Assembly (NCBI GenBank): GCA_017513085.1
Contig: JAFWDK010000022.1
Coordinates: 32,001 to 96,000 of the forward strand
Length of the DNA: 64,000 nucleotides
Direction: 5' to 3'
From: Clostridiales bacterium
GTDB lineage: Bacteria; Bacillota; Clostridia; Saccharofermentanales; Saccharofermentanaceae
Within the stretch, counting starts at the first letter, position 1. Each line of letters opens with the position of its first letter. The position numbers and the translations under genes are program-made. Shown in pieces: positions 48,732 to 58,929 of this stretch. Below the pieces are notes generated by a model. It made no database searches and was not told the DNA's origin. It worked only from the letters and a program-made list of their open reading frames with translations.

Positions 48732-51662
48732 ATGGGTTTTACATTGTCGAAGAAGAGTATTATGGCCGGAGAAGTAGCATTCATTTATGACTCGGAGATA
48801 CCGAGTGGCGTAAAAAAGATCACGGAGAAAGTCATAAGCGATCTGAAGGCAGTGTTCGGCGAGGGCCCGGAAGCCTATGATGCGAAGAAGCTTACCAAGG
48901 CGGTATCCGCCCGTATAAAATACCCGATCCTGGTAGGGATCTGCGGCTGTAACATACTTACAAAGCTTGAGAAATCAGGCCGGATCGACTTATCTGATGT
49001 GACAGGCAAGAGAGAGGTCTACCAGCACAAAGTCGTGGAAGATTTCCCACAGGAAGTATTAAATGGAAATAAAACGAGTGCACTCGTGATAGCAGGTTCT
49101 GATAAGCGGGGAGTCATCTACGGACTTTTCGCTCTGTCTGAGAAACTGGGAGTATCTCCTTTCATCGATTGGCTGGATGTGCAACCGGCGAAGAAGAAAG
49201 AATTTGAGTTCCCGGCTAAGTATATGTTTACATCCCGTGAGCCGTCTGTACGGTTCCGTGGCTTCTTCATCAACGACGAGTGGCCGGCTTTCGGCAACTG
49301 GTGCAACAAGCGTTTCGGCGGTTTCAATGCCAAGTGCTATGAGCATGTTTTCGAACTGCTTCTGCGCTTGAAAGGTAACTATATGTGGCCGGCTATGTGG
49401 TCAGCGATCTTCCCGAACGATGGACCGGGACTGGCAAGTGCGGAACTGGCCGATGAGTTGGGTGTAGTCATGGGAATGTCCCACCATGAGCCATGCCTGC
49501 GTCAAGGCGAGGAATATAAATATCTTCGCGGACCGGGCTCCATTTACGGAGATGCCTGGAATTTCCTTTCCAACGAGAAAGGCATCACGAAGTTCTGGGA
49601 AGATGGACTTAAGCGTAGCGGCAAGTTCGAAAATGTCATCACCGTAGGCATGCGCGGCGAGGCAGATACTGCCATTATGGGCAAGGACGCGACCTTGAAG
49701 GATAATATCGATCTTTTGCGAAAAGTACTGAAGACACAGAATAAGCTGATCCGTAAATACGTTAATCCGGATCTGGACGAAGTGCCTCGTATGCTGGCGC
49801 TTTATAAAGAAGTGGAGCCATATTTCTATGGCGATGAGAAGACCCCCGGCCTCATGGGCGATCCGGAACTTGACGGCGTGACCTTGATGCTGTGCGACGA
49901 TAACTACGGAAATCTCCGTACCGTTCCGACTCCTGAGATGCGGGAACATAAGGGCGGGTATGGTATGTACTATCACTTTGATTATCACGGATTCCCGATC
50001 TCTTTTGAGTGGTACAATACGACGCACCTTTCCAAGGTCTGGGAGCAGATGACCATGGCGTATGATTTCGGCATCCGGGATCTCTGGATCGTCAACGTCG
50101 GTGACATTTTCAGCAATGAATATCCGTTGGCTTTCTTCCTTGATCTGGCGTATGACTTTGACCGTTGGGGAACATCTAATAAAGACGCAGCTCGAGAGTA
50201 CACGAAGCATTTTGTCGACAAAAACTTCGGACAGGAGCTTGCGCCTTCGCAAAAGAGAAAGACGTCTGAACTTCTTCTCGGCTATACCCGTATCACGCAT
50301 GCACGCCGTACGGAAGCTATGAATGATTCGGTCTATGCGCCGTTCGCGTATGGCGAGACGGAGGCACTGCTTTCCAAGATCGATTCACTTATGAAAGATA
50401 CGAAGAAACTGTACGGAAATCTTTCCGGAAACGCCGCATATCGTTTTTATGAGATCGTATATCTCCCGCTGATGGCGAATCTGAATGTTCATAAGATGTG
50501 GCTGCTCACGACACTGAACCACGCATATGCCAAGCGGGGCAGTACATATGCCATGACTTTGGCGGATGAGATCGATGCGTGCATGACGGAAGACCGCGAG
50601 ATGGTTTCCGAACTTCATAAGATCCATAAAGGTATGTGGTACGGAATGGGTCTGTCTGAGCATATCGGCTTTAAAAACTGGTGCGAAGAGGGATGCCAGT
50701 ATCCTGTGATCCATACTTTTGAGCCTGCAAATAAATCGCGTCTGATCGTGGCGGTCCCTGGCACAGAGCAGTATTCCGAGGGTGGATTCTGGACACGCCG
50801 CACGCTGTTGTTCCCGTACTTTATGGATCCTCGTTGCGACCGAGGAGTCATCGAACTGACCACGGCTTGTGCCACGAATGTGGCTTTTGAAGCAGAGTGT
50901 GACGAATCCTGTATCTTGCTATCCGAGACGAAAGGCGTGGCACGTGCTTTTGAGAGAAAGACACTGGTAGTCAGACTGAATCGTGAAAAGCTTGCGAAGA
51001 CACAAAAGGAAGCTACGATCACCGTGAAGAGCGGAGACGGATTTGTCAGGATCCTGGTTCCGCTTCCGGCTAAGACCAAGGTAGCTTCTTCACGCATGGC
51101 AGATCCGGCGGAAGCCAATACGTTCCCGCTTTGTGAAGAGATCGGATTTGTTTCTATCGAAGCAGATCACTATAATGCCAAGACTTCCGGTGCCAAAGGT
51201 GATTTCGAGATGATCCCGGATTATAACCGTGGCTTTGCCGGCATGAAGGCCTACCCGCAGGATCGTACTTTCACGGCAAAGAAAGACGCTCCGACATTAA
51301 CATATCGTGTGATCGTTCAGGAGGCGGGAAGTTATACACTTCGCCTGATGACCAATCCCGGCAACCCGCCGAGCAAGATTCCGGAACTGTTCTGCGGAGT
51401 CGCTGCCAATGGCGGCCGGATGAAGAAGATCAATACGATCCGGGACGGCTTTGCAGTCGGCGACGGTAACGATATATGGAGCAAGGGCGTGCTGGATAAT
51501 CTTCGCACAACAGAAGTATCGCTGGATCTGCAAAAAGGACCGAACACGATCGACATCACGGCAATCAGCCCGAATTTTGTCCTTGAGAAACTAGTGCTTT
51601 TCAAAGAGGGAAGGGCACCGATGGATTCCTATCTCGGACCTACGGAGACATGGCACTCCTGA
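48732..51662 (+). CDS. glycoside hydrolase family 115 (xylan alpha-1,2-glucuronidase)
   Basis: GSDKRG..YG.F.LS..LGVSP, RGFFINDE, LRLKGNYMWPAMW, SHHEP, GMRG, DDNYG, YYHFDY, WIVNVGD. Confidence 0.92.
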   Translation: MGFTLSKKSIMAGEVAFIYDSEIPSGVKKITEKVISDLKAVFGEGPEAYDAKKLTKAVSARIKYPILVGICGCNILTKLEKSGRIDLSDVTGKREVYQHKVVEDFPQEVLNGNKTSALVIAGSDKRGVIYGLFALSEKLGVSPFIDWLDVQPAKKKEFEFPAKYMFTSREPSVRFRGFFINDEWPAFGNWCNKRFGGFNAKCYEHVFELLLRLKGNYMWPAMWSAIFPNDGPGLASAELADELGVVMGMSHHEPCLRQGEEYKYLRGPGSIYGDAWNFLSNEKGITKFWEDGLKRSGKFENVITVGMRGEADTAIMGKDATLKDNIDLLRKVLKTQNKLIRKYVNPDLDEVPRMLALYKEVEPYFYGDEKTPGLMGDPELDGVTLMLCDDNYGNLRTVPTPEMREHKGGYGMYYHFDYHGFPISFEWYNTTHLSKVWEQMTMAYDFGIRDLWIVNVGDIFSNEYPLAFFLDLAYDFDRWGTSNKDAAREYTKHFVDKNFGQELAPSQKRKTSELLLGYTRITHARRTEAMNDSVYAPFAYGETEALLSKIDSLMKDTKKLYGNLSGNAAYRFYEIVYLPLMANLNVHKMWLLTTLNHAYAKRGSTYAMTLADEIDACMTEDREMVSELHKIHKGMWYGMGLSEHIGFKNWCEEGCQYPVIHTFEPANKSRLIVAVPGTEQYSEGGFWTRRTLLFPYFMDPRCDRGVIELTTACATNVAFEAECDESCILLSETKGVARAFERKTLVVRLNREKLAKTQKEATITVKSGDGFVRILVPLPAKTKVASSRMADPAEANTFPLCEEIGFVSIEADHYNAKTSGAKGDFEMIPDYNRGFAGMKAYPQDRTFTAKKDAPTLTYRVIVQEAGSYTLRLMTNPGNPPSKIPELFCGVAANGGRMKKINTIRDGFAVGDGNDIWSKGVLDNLRTTEVSLDLQKGPNTIDITAISPNFVLEKLVLFKEGRAPMDSYLGPTETWHS

Positions 51663-51663
51663 G

Positions 51664-52680
51664 TTAAGGAGTGTATATTGCCAGTCTGTTGTAGAGGCTG
51701 TTATACGGGTTCTCTACATCTTCGAAATACATGGCAAGAAAGTCCGGATCAAGGCCTTGTGGGTTCATGATGGTGCCGTCCGGTGTCATGATGATCTCGA
51801 CAGACCGTGCATAGAAGAACAGGAGATCTTCTCCACGGTGTTCTTTCAGGAACAGGTCTAATTCCGCAAAGCTGTCTTTACTCTTTCCAAGCGTAAAGTG
51901 GATCTGTCCATCTTCGCCATCCACCCGGAAGAGAGTGATCCTGGCAATAAGATCTTCTCCGTTATAGATGAAGTAGTCCCGGACGCTTTGATCAATGGTC
52001 AAGGATTCACCGGACACTCCCTCGTAGGAGATATGACAAAAACCGTCTGTTTTGAATTGGAGATTATCTGTCGGCGATTTGTCTGAACTTAGGATCTCTT
52101 TCAAAAATCCATGGTTTTCCGTGAAAAAGGCTTCTGCCTCTTCGTTGGTGATAGGTTCTCCGACAAGAACGATGCTGAGATCTGAAGGGAATTGCGGTTT
52201 GGTCAGGACCACTCCGCTTGTTTCATCGCCGGAAAGACCCGGATGATCCGTGCTTTCTCTTCTGGTATCTTCTATGGTTTCTTCTATGGTTTCTTCTGTG
52301 ACTGCGGTATTGGATTCCTCATATGTCAACTGAGCCTGGTTAAGTTCAGTTTGATCAGCCAGAGTGGGATCCGATACTTGCGAGTTATGCTCTATTATTT
52401 TGTGGTCATCCCGGTCATTTCCCGTAATGCCGCCAGCAGTTGTGGGTACAGTGTTTTGGGTTCTTTTTCCGAAGAATCCTCCGTACCAGAGGCCGATGCC
52501 GACAAGTGCCACGGCAGCAATGTTTCCGGCAATGATCATGAATGTCCGCAGGTTTTTTCTGCGTCGTGAAGCGTCAACGGAAGTCACGCTTGTGATTTGA
52601 GGCTTCGTTTCTTCATGGGCTTCCAGGATGTATTTCTCGTCGATGTCGCCAAGGATCTCAAATAAAGAATCATTCTTCAT
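51664..52680 (-). CDS. putative anti-sigma factor
   Basis: LFEILGDIDEKYILEA N-terminus, single TM; 4-nt overlap with the ECF sigma gene. Confidence 0.75.
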   Translation of the reverse strand: MKNDSLFEILGDIDEKYILEAHEETKPQITSVTSVDASRRRKNLRTFMIIAGNIAAVALVGIGLWYGGFFGKRTQNTVPTTAGGITGNDRDDHKIIEHNSQVSDPTLADQTELNQAQLTYEESNTAVTEETIEETIEDTRRESTDHPGLSGDETSGVVLTKPQFPSDLSIVLVGEPITNEEAEAFFTENHGFLKEILSSDKSPTDNLQFKTDGFCHISYEGVSGESLTIDQSVRDYFIYNGEDLIARITLFRVDGEDGQIHFTLGKSKDSFAELDLFLKEHRGEDLLFFYARSVEIIMTPDGTIMNPQGLDPDFLAMYFEDVENPYNSLYNRLAIYTP

Positions 52681-53237
52681 GAAAGCAGACCTCCTTCCAG
52701 TAAAAGAGTGCGTAATTGTTTCTTAAGTCGGTTTAGGGTTACGGATACAGAGTTTTCTGTCATATTCATTCGATCGGCGATGTCTTTGATGCTGTCTACG
52801 TACCAGAAACGGCAAACGAAGATCTTTCTTTTTTCAGGTGTAAGGGAGGATAAAAAAGTATTCACCACATCCAGTAATTCACGCTTTAAGAGTTCTCCGT
52901 CGGCTGTCTCGCTTCCCTCGATCACTTCACTGAGTTCATCCAGTACAAGAGGAAAATCTCCACCTCCGCGCTTGGCGGCGTGGTTTTTCTTATAGAGGTT
53001 GAGCGCCAGATTTCGAGTGATCCGGCCGAGAAAGGGTGCGATTACGTCGGGCTTTTTCGGTGGGATCGAGTTCCACAAGGACAGATATGCGTCATTTACA
53101 CATTCTTCCGTGTCTTCGGTATTGTTTAAAATATTGTGTGCAATAGAATGGCAGAAACGACCGTACTTTTTCGATACAGCTTCAAGAGCCTGTTCGCTCC
53201 TTTCAAAAAATAATTGTACGATCGAAGCATCGTCCAT
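52677..53237 (-). CDS. ECF-family RNA polymerase sigma factor
   Basis: DTEECVNDAYL.LWNSIPP, ITRNLALN, RKIFVCRFWY..SIKDIA, V.L.R.KKQL. Confidence 0.92.
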   Translation of the reverse strand: MDDASIVQLFFERSEQALEAVSKKYGRFCHSIAHNILNNTEDTEECVNDAYLSLWNSIPPKKPDVIAPFLGRITRNLALNLYKKNHAAKRGGGDFPLVLDELSEVIEGSETADGELLKRELLDVVNTFLSSLTPEKRKIFVCRFWYVDSIKDIADRMNMTENSVSVTLNRLKKQLRTLLLEGGLLS

Positions 53238-53259
53238 CCAAACTCACCTCCCTTCGTAA

Positions 53260-53290
53260 ATATTAACATATTTGAACTGCAAATCTTACA
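53260..53290 (-). promoter_or_regulatory. putative autoregulatory ECF promoter
   Basis: Minus-strand TGTAAG-N16-TGTTAATAT, just upstream of the sigma RBS GGGAGGTGA. Confidence 0.5.
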
Positions 53291-53395
53291 ACTAGTTTTA
53301 CGCGATTGTTACTGTTTTGTGGAGAGTTGCCGAGAAGTCTTATGAATGGCTTTTTTTCAGTATAATGAAGATACTACCGGAAAAGGGAGAATAGT

Positions 53396-55645
53396 ATGAG
53401 AAGAAAGCGACAGATACTTACTGCCTGGTGTACGATGGCGATCGTCTTTTCGATGATCGGAGGCAGCGGATGCACAAAAACGAATCCGTCTTCGACCATT
53501 TCCGAACACCATTCGGCTATTTCGACAGACATATCGGTGAATACGCCGACTCCGACGGATACACCTACACCCACACCGACTCCGGATCCGGCTACGCTGA
53601 TCAAGAATGAAGCGTTAGCGCTTGCCGAAGAGGTCGGCATGCCGGAAGAAGCACTTCGGGAGAAATACGAGTTTTTCCTGGAATATATGGATTGTGTCAA
53701 GAATAACCCGAATCTCAATGGCTACAGGGGATATGCGGCACAGATCTTTCCCGTGGTCGCGGACCATCTGAAAGACGAAAACAAAGACCTGTTTTTAGGA
53801 AAACTTCGCGAACTGGTCATGGAGACACAACAACTGTCTTCTACACAGGCAGGGGTGTGCTACCAGGATGATTGTTATATAAAAGTGTCCGATTCGGAAA
53901 TGGCACAAAGCGAAAATTACTGCATTGCCACGATATTTCACGAGTTGATGCATTTCGTGGATTATTACATTGACGGGGAGCACATGGACGAAGCAGTCTA
54001 TGTCGGAGATAAATACATCCGGTACGAAGATATGACAGATGAAGACTGGAATAATATGTCGGACATGCTTGTCGCGCATTTTATCATCGAAGGTGGCGCA
54101 GAGCTTTATTCGGCTAAGTACTTCATCAGGAGCATATTGTCTTATAAAGTGAGCGTCAATTTTCTGACGGGCCTTGAAATGATATTCGGAAGTGATGTTG
54201 TAGGATCGCTGTTTTTCTCCGGCGAAAGCACTATGGAATTCGTAAAACTTATGCAAGCGAGCGGTTTTACTAACGAAGAGATCAACAGAGCGGTCCTGAC
54301 CCTGAATTATTATACATATCCTGAACGGTTCGATAAGCCATACAAGCCGCTTTTTCCGGAAGAGATACTCATACGGTTGTACCGGAACAGGAAAGGGGAC
54401 ACTTGGAAAGAAGACAAGGAATTCTGTCATGTTCTTGCTTGTGTCCGATCCAATTATGAACGAACAGAAGAAAGCGAGTATGATGATTTCCTGGAGACTC
54501 TGAAGATCGATTATACAGGATGGGAAGATTGGAAAACGGAGTTACTCGAACAGATCGATCCTTCGATTTATGCAGTTTTCTGGAGCCACACAACGGATGG
54601 AATCTATCTTGACGGGAAATTCTGCATCTCTGCCAGGATCTATACCGATAAGGATGATAACGATTATTATCAGCAAACACTTACCTTCGACTATGATTTT
54701 GAAAAAGAAAAAGTCAATTCGTATGTGATTTCGGAACTGCCCTGCCCGAAGAAGATCCCGGATCCTGTTCCGTCAGGCGCGGAACTGGATAAAAGATTGG
54801 ATTCTTTTGAGCACGATCATGCACCCATGCATGCGCAAAAAGTGCAGGAAGGGGCGTTTTCCGATCTCCACGATCTTTATGCCCATTCGACGGAGATCGG
54901 AAATAAATATGGAGTAACGATCCGGATCTGCGATCTGGTTCCCGATGACTACAAGTGGATGCAGAGGGAGACCTATGGTTCGGAAGAACGCAAAAACATT
55001 CAAAACTGTCTGGATAAGATCGATGAAACGCTTGCGCAGTTCCCGGAAGGATACTTCGACCAGTTGAATTACGGATACTGGAGAGGTCTTGTGATCAGCC
55101 TGATCGATAATGACGACATAGAGTATTATACCCGCAAATCATTCTATGACGGTGAATACCATATGGGAGTTTTTCTTACCGGTACGGAGAAAGGTCTGGA
55201 AACACTGGAAGAAGAATTGATCAAGAGTGTCTTCTACTATACGGAGATGCGTCTTCGCTTGATCTCGGAGAATATGCAGGAACCGTATTTCTCCGATATA
55301 ACCTGGCGGGAAACCTATAACCCGATGTACTTCCGGTATCGCGGAGAGAATACCGAACAATGGATCCAGCCATACTACGAGGAGTACAAAGATTATGTCG
55401 TTTCCAAAGAAGCGATGGAGACAGACTACAGCGACCGTTTCTGTCTGATGACGTATCTGATGAAGGCCGCATCTGATCCGGAAGCGAAGGTCATTACTCA
55501 GCCTTGCGTGGACAAAGCAGAGTACTACTGCGATTGTATAAGAAAATGTTTCGATACTTCCGGATGGCCGGAGACCTTGCCCTGGGAAAAAGCACTGGCA
55601 GACATGAAAGCAAAGCTTTCCCTGGAAGAGGAGGAGTCAGCATGA
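53396..55645 (+). CDS. lipoprotein, putative gluzincin metallopeptidase
   Basis: Lipobox GSGC; PT linker; HELMH plus downstream EGGAE. Confidence 0.72.
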   Translation: MRRKRQILTAWCTMAIVFSMIGGSGCTKTNPSSTISEHHSAISTDISVNTPTPTDTPTPTPTPDPATLIKNEALALAEEVGMPEEALREKYEFFLEYMDCVKNNPNLNGYRGYAAQIFPVVADHLKDENKDLFLGKLRELVMETQQLSSTQAGVCYQDDCYIKVSDSEMAQSENYCIATIFHELMHFVDYYIDGEHMDEAVYVGDKYIRYEDMTDEDWNNMSDMLVAHFIIEGGAELYSAKYFIRSILSYKVSVNFLTGLEMIFGSDVVGSLFFSGESTMEFVKLMQASGFTNEEINRAVLTLNYYTYPERFDKPYKPLFPEEILIRLYRNRKGDTWKEDKEFCHVLACVRSNYERTEESEYDDFLETLKIDYTGWEDWKTELLEQIDPSIYAVFWSHTTDGIYLDGKFCISARIYTDKDDNDYYQQTLTFDYDFEKEKVNSYVISELPCPKKIPDPVPSGAELDKRLDSFEHDHAPMHAQKVQEGAFSDLHDLYAHSTEIGNKYGVTIRICDLVPDDYKWMQRETYGSEERKNIQNCLDKIDETLAQFPEGYFDQLNYGYWRGLVISLIDNDDIEYYTRKSFYDGEYHMGVFLTGTEKGLETLEEELIKSVFYYTEMRLRLISENMQEPYFSDITWRETYNPMYFRYRGENTEQWIQPYYEEYKDYVVSKEAMETDYSDRFCLMTYLMKAASDPEAKVITQPCVDKAEYYCDCIRKCFDTSGWPETLPWEKALADMKAKLSLEEEESA

Positions 55646-55760
55646 AGAATTCAGTGCTTTTGAAGTTGAAATGCTGAAAAGATGTGTTATACTTGCATAT
55701 GCTGTGTATTTATAACCTATTATAAGACTATTATAAGAAACCCGAGAGTCGGAAGATCTG

Positions 55761-57107
55761 ATGAGAAGTTGGCTGCTAAGTAATAAAAATATAGAGAAAA
55801 ACAGTTATATCTGGAATATGGCCGGAAGCATGCTCAATGCTTTCCAGACTGTGATCATGTATATGATCCTGGCCCGTACCGTGGGAAACACGCAGACCAG
55901 CGTTTTCTCCATCGCATATGCTCACGCAAGTTTGTATTTGAATTTAGGAAACTACGGAATGCGTAATTTCCAGGTTTCCGATATCAAGAAGAAGTATTCT
56001 TTTAACGAGTACTTCGTATCCCGTTTGATCTCTACGGCGATGATGATCGCCTTTGCACTCGTGCACCTCTTTTTCATCGTTCGCTCAAACAGTTACACCA
56101 ATGAGAAGATCTGGATCATGATCTGGATGATCCTTCAGAAATCCGTGGATGCGATCGAGAATGTCTACCACGGACAATATCAGCAGAATAACCGTCTGGA
56201 TGTCGGCGGACGCTGCATGACGGTCCGTATGATCCTTCTGTATATCTGCTTTGGCACGGCGCTGATCGTAACGAAGGATCTTCTTGTATCCCTTGTTTTT
56301 TCCACGATCACGACGTTCCTGTTCTTCGTGATCCTGACCGCCTGGACGCGTCATCTGGCGACCAAACCGGTGGAGAAGGAAATGCCGGAGGGCGCTGCAG
56401 AACCGAAGAGACTGATCTGGCAAAAGGTCGGAGCTCTTTTGTGGCACTGCTTCCCGCTGTGCGCCGGTCTGTTCCTCTCGTTCTATATCGGCAATGCGCC
56501 GAAGTATGCGATCGATGCTATCTTCCCGGATCTTCAGGCCAGGTATAACTATATCTCCATGCCGGTGTTCGTAGTCGGTATGCTGAATAATTTTATCTTC
56601 ATGCCGCAGATGACATCTTTATCCAAACTCTGGCAGAACAGGGATATGAAGAAGTTTACCAGAAAGATCCTCATGCAGGTATTGATCCTCGCGGGTATCA
56701 CGGCAGTTTGCCTTGCCGGTGCATTCCTTCTCGGTATTCCGGTGCTGTCCTTCCTTTACAGCACAGATCTTGCCGAGTATAAATCCGCGCTTCTTATCCT
56801 GATCATCGGAGGAGGATTCCTGGGATTGACCGGTTTCCTGAATGCCGTGATCACGATCATCCGTTGCCAGAAATTCACGATGTTCGGCTATGCGGCAGTC
56901 GCTTTGGCAGCATTACTGCTTTCCAACAAAGTGGTGGAAAAATATGAAGTGAATGGTGCTTCCGTGCTGTACCTTGCGCTAATGGCAGTACTGAGCCTGA
57001 TTTTTGTTATCATGCTGGTGATCGGGATCCAGGTTAAAAAGAACAAGCCTGATCTCAAAACAGTATCCGAGGATGAGCGGGCAGCAGCAGGAGATTCGAA
57101 CTCTTAA
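55761..57107 (+). CDS. Wzx-like polysaccharide flippase
   Basis: KNSYIWNMAGS, YGMRNFQVSD, NAPKYAID, F.PQMT.L; about 12 TM. Confidence 0.82.
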   Translation: MRSWLLSNKNIEKNSYIWNMAGSMLNAFQTVIMYMILARTVGNTQTSVFSIAYAHASLYLNLGNYGMRNFQVSDIKKKYSFNEYFVSRLISTAMMIAFALVHLFFIVRSNSYTNEKIWIMIWMILQKSVDAIENVYHGQYQQNNRLDVGGRCMTVRMILLYICFGTALIVTKDLLVSLVFSTITTFLFFVILTAWTRHLATKPVEKEMPEGAAEPKRLIWQKVGALLWHCFPLCAGLFLSFYIGNAPKYAIDAIFPDLQARYNYISMPVFVVGMLNNFIFMPQMTSLSKLWQNRDMKKFTRKILMQVLILAGITAVCLAGAFLLGIPVLSFLYSTDLAEYKSALLILIIGGGFLGLTGFLNAVITIIRCQKFTMFGYAAVALAALLLSNKVVEKYEVNGASVLYLALMAVLSLIFVIMLVIGIQVKKNKPDLKTVSEDERAAAGDSNS

Positions 57108-57205
57108 AAATCTACCGGGGGGAATACGGAAAACCCTTGCAGGCAAGGGTTTTTGGAATTTGACAATAATGAACGATAGCGTTACGATAAATAAAAAACG
57201 GTGGC

Positions 57206-58903
57206 ATGGGTGTGAGTACGCGTAAGTATTTTTTAATCTCATTATCGACGGTTTTTGTTTTGACACTTATATTATTGATCACTCGCGGGATAGTGTATGA
57301 AACGGTCGATGATTTTAATGTCATGTACTCTATTGCCGGGTACAAATCAGGCGCGCCTTTTTGGCAGTTAACTTTCTATAACTGCATTTATGCAGGATTT
57401 ATCAGCATTTTCTATCGTATAACGGGATATATCCAGTGGTATACCGTATTCCAGATCATATGTATTTTTTCCAGTCTGGTCGTGATCATGTTCGCCTATC
57501 TGCGCATTGCCAAATGCACAAAGAAGAACATTTGGATCGCAATCGCTATTTTCTCAGGCCTTTATATTTCAGCATATATGTATATCCTGCAACGTATGCA
57601 GTTTACGACCACTGCCGCCATTATGGGCGCAGCAGGCGTCAGCATGATGTATCTTTTCCTGGAGGAAGGGAAGAAGAGAGAGCTTTTGATCTCCTGCGCT
57701 TTTATTCTCGGTGCATATCTCAACCGACGCTTGGCCGGTCTTTTCGTTATCGCTCTTTGGGGTGGACTTTTTGTTGTACATGAGATCATCGAGTGGAAGA
57801 AGAGAGACAAGAAAGAGCTTGTGAAGCGTTGCGCGATCCTTGCAGGCTGTATGCTGATCGTTCTGGGCATCCGTATTGCCGACCAGTATGTGAAGCGGAC
57901 CAAGCTGAACAAGGACTATATGGTCTACGATGAGTACCGTGGCAAATTCCAGGATTACCAGAAACCCAGCTATGTGGATAACCGCGAACTCTATAACAGT
58001 GTGGGCTGGGACGATAAGGTCTATTCTCTGGTCAATGCACTGATCTATATCGACCCTCGGATCAATGAGGAGAGCTTCCGGACACTTGTGGAATCGGATG
58101 CTTTCCAGTCGCATCTGCCGTTTAAGGATGCGGTCAAGATGTTTACCGAACTGTGTCAGACAGAACCTGCAGCGGAGATCAGCGTGATATTGCTGATCAC
58201 ATTTGCCGCTTTTGCAATCATGTTTGCCCATATCACCAAGAATAAAAAGACGCTTTTGCTGGCGATCTATTCTGTCTGTGCCTGGCTGGCGTTTGTCGTA
58301 TATCTGTCATATTCAGGACGTCTGCCATTACGCGTCGGCCTTTTGGTCACACTTCCGCCGATGACCTTGCTTTTGATGATCGCTACTGCTGAAGTTATAA
58401 GACGTAACAAGAAGATCGATCTTCTCCGTGTCTGTCTGCTTCCGCTTCTGATCGCACTGAGCTTCTCCTCGGTCAACAACATTTATGTCCGCCTGAGCAG
58501 TAAGGACTCCTATTCCCAGAAGATCATGTTCGACTTTGAAAACTACGCGCTCAGCCATCCGGATAAAGTCTTCCTTCACGACTACACGATCTGTAATGTA
58601 TATAATGCTTATTCGGCGACACATGTTTATGTCAAGAAAAAGCCTACAAATATTATCCTGTCCGGCGGAAGTTATACTTACAGCGCCTGTTACTATGCGC
58701 AGCTGGCCGCCAATCATCTCAGCAAGTTTGATGGTGAAACCTTGTTGCAGGATGGTGTGTTCTTCGTATGTGATAACAACCGGAGAGGCATGCCGACATT
58801 TATAACGCAGTATTTGCAGTCTCTTTACGGGAAAGGAGTTAAGTGTGATCTGGTGGAACTGATTTCAGATGGGGATGTGGCCATCTACAAGTTTCACACT
58901 TGA
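57206..58903 (+). CDS. polytopic membrane protein, GT-C-like glycosyltransferase (putative)
   Basis: YETVDD acidic motif after TM1, QFTTTAA, GRLP.RV; about 11 TM. Own promoter TTGACA (57160)-17-TACGAT. Confidence 0.65.
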   Translation: MGVSTRKYFLISLSTVFVLTLILLITRGIVYETVDDFNVMYSIAGYKSGAPFWQLTFYNCIYAGFISIFYRITGYIQWYTVFQIICIFSSLVVIMFAYLRIAKCTKKNIWIAIAIFSGLYISAYMYILQRMQFTTTAAIMGAAGVSMMYLFLEEGKKRELLISCAFILGAYLNRRLAGLFVIALWGGLFVVHEIIEWKKRDKKELVKRCAILAGCMLIVLGIRIADQYVKRTKLNKDYMVYDEYRGKFQDYQKPSYVDNRELYNSVGWDDKVYSLVNALIYIDPRINEESFRTLVESDAFQSHLPFKDAVKMFTELCQTEPAAEISVILLITFAAFAIMFAHITKNKKTLLLAIYSVCAWLAFVVYLSYSGRLPLRVGLLVTLPPMTLLLMIATAEVIRRNKKIDLLRVCLLPLLIALSFSSVNNIYVRLSSKDSYSQKIMFDFENYALSHPDKVFLHDYTICNVYNAYSATHVYVKKKPTNIILSGGSYTYSACYYAQLAANHLSKFDGETLLQDGVFFVCDNNRRGMPTFITQYLQSLYGKGVKCDLVELISDGDVAIYKFHT

Positions 58904-58929
58904 AAATATAGAATAGAGGTTCGTTTATT

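Noticed and set aside
55717-55738. Tandem CTATTATAAGA repeat upstream of wzx
   Set aside because: Two copies of an AT-rich 11-mer could be an operator or a chance duplication; nothing further supports either.
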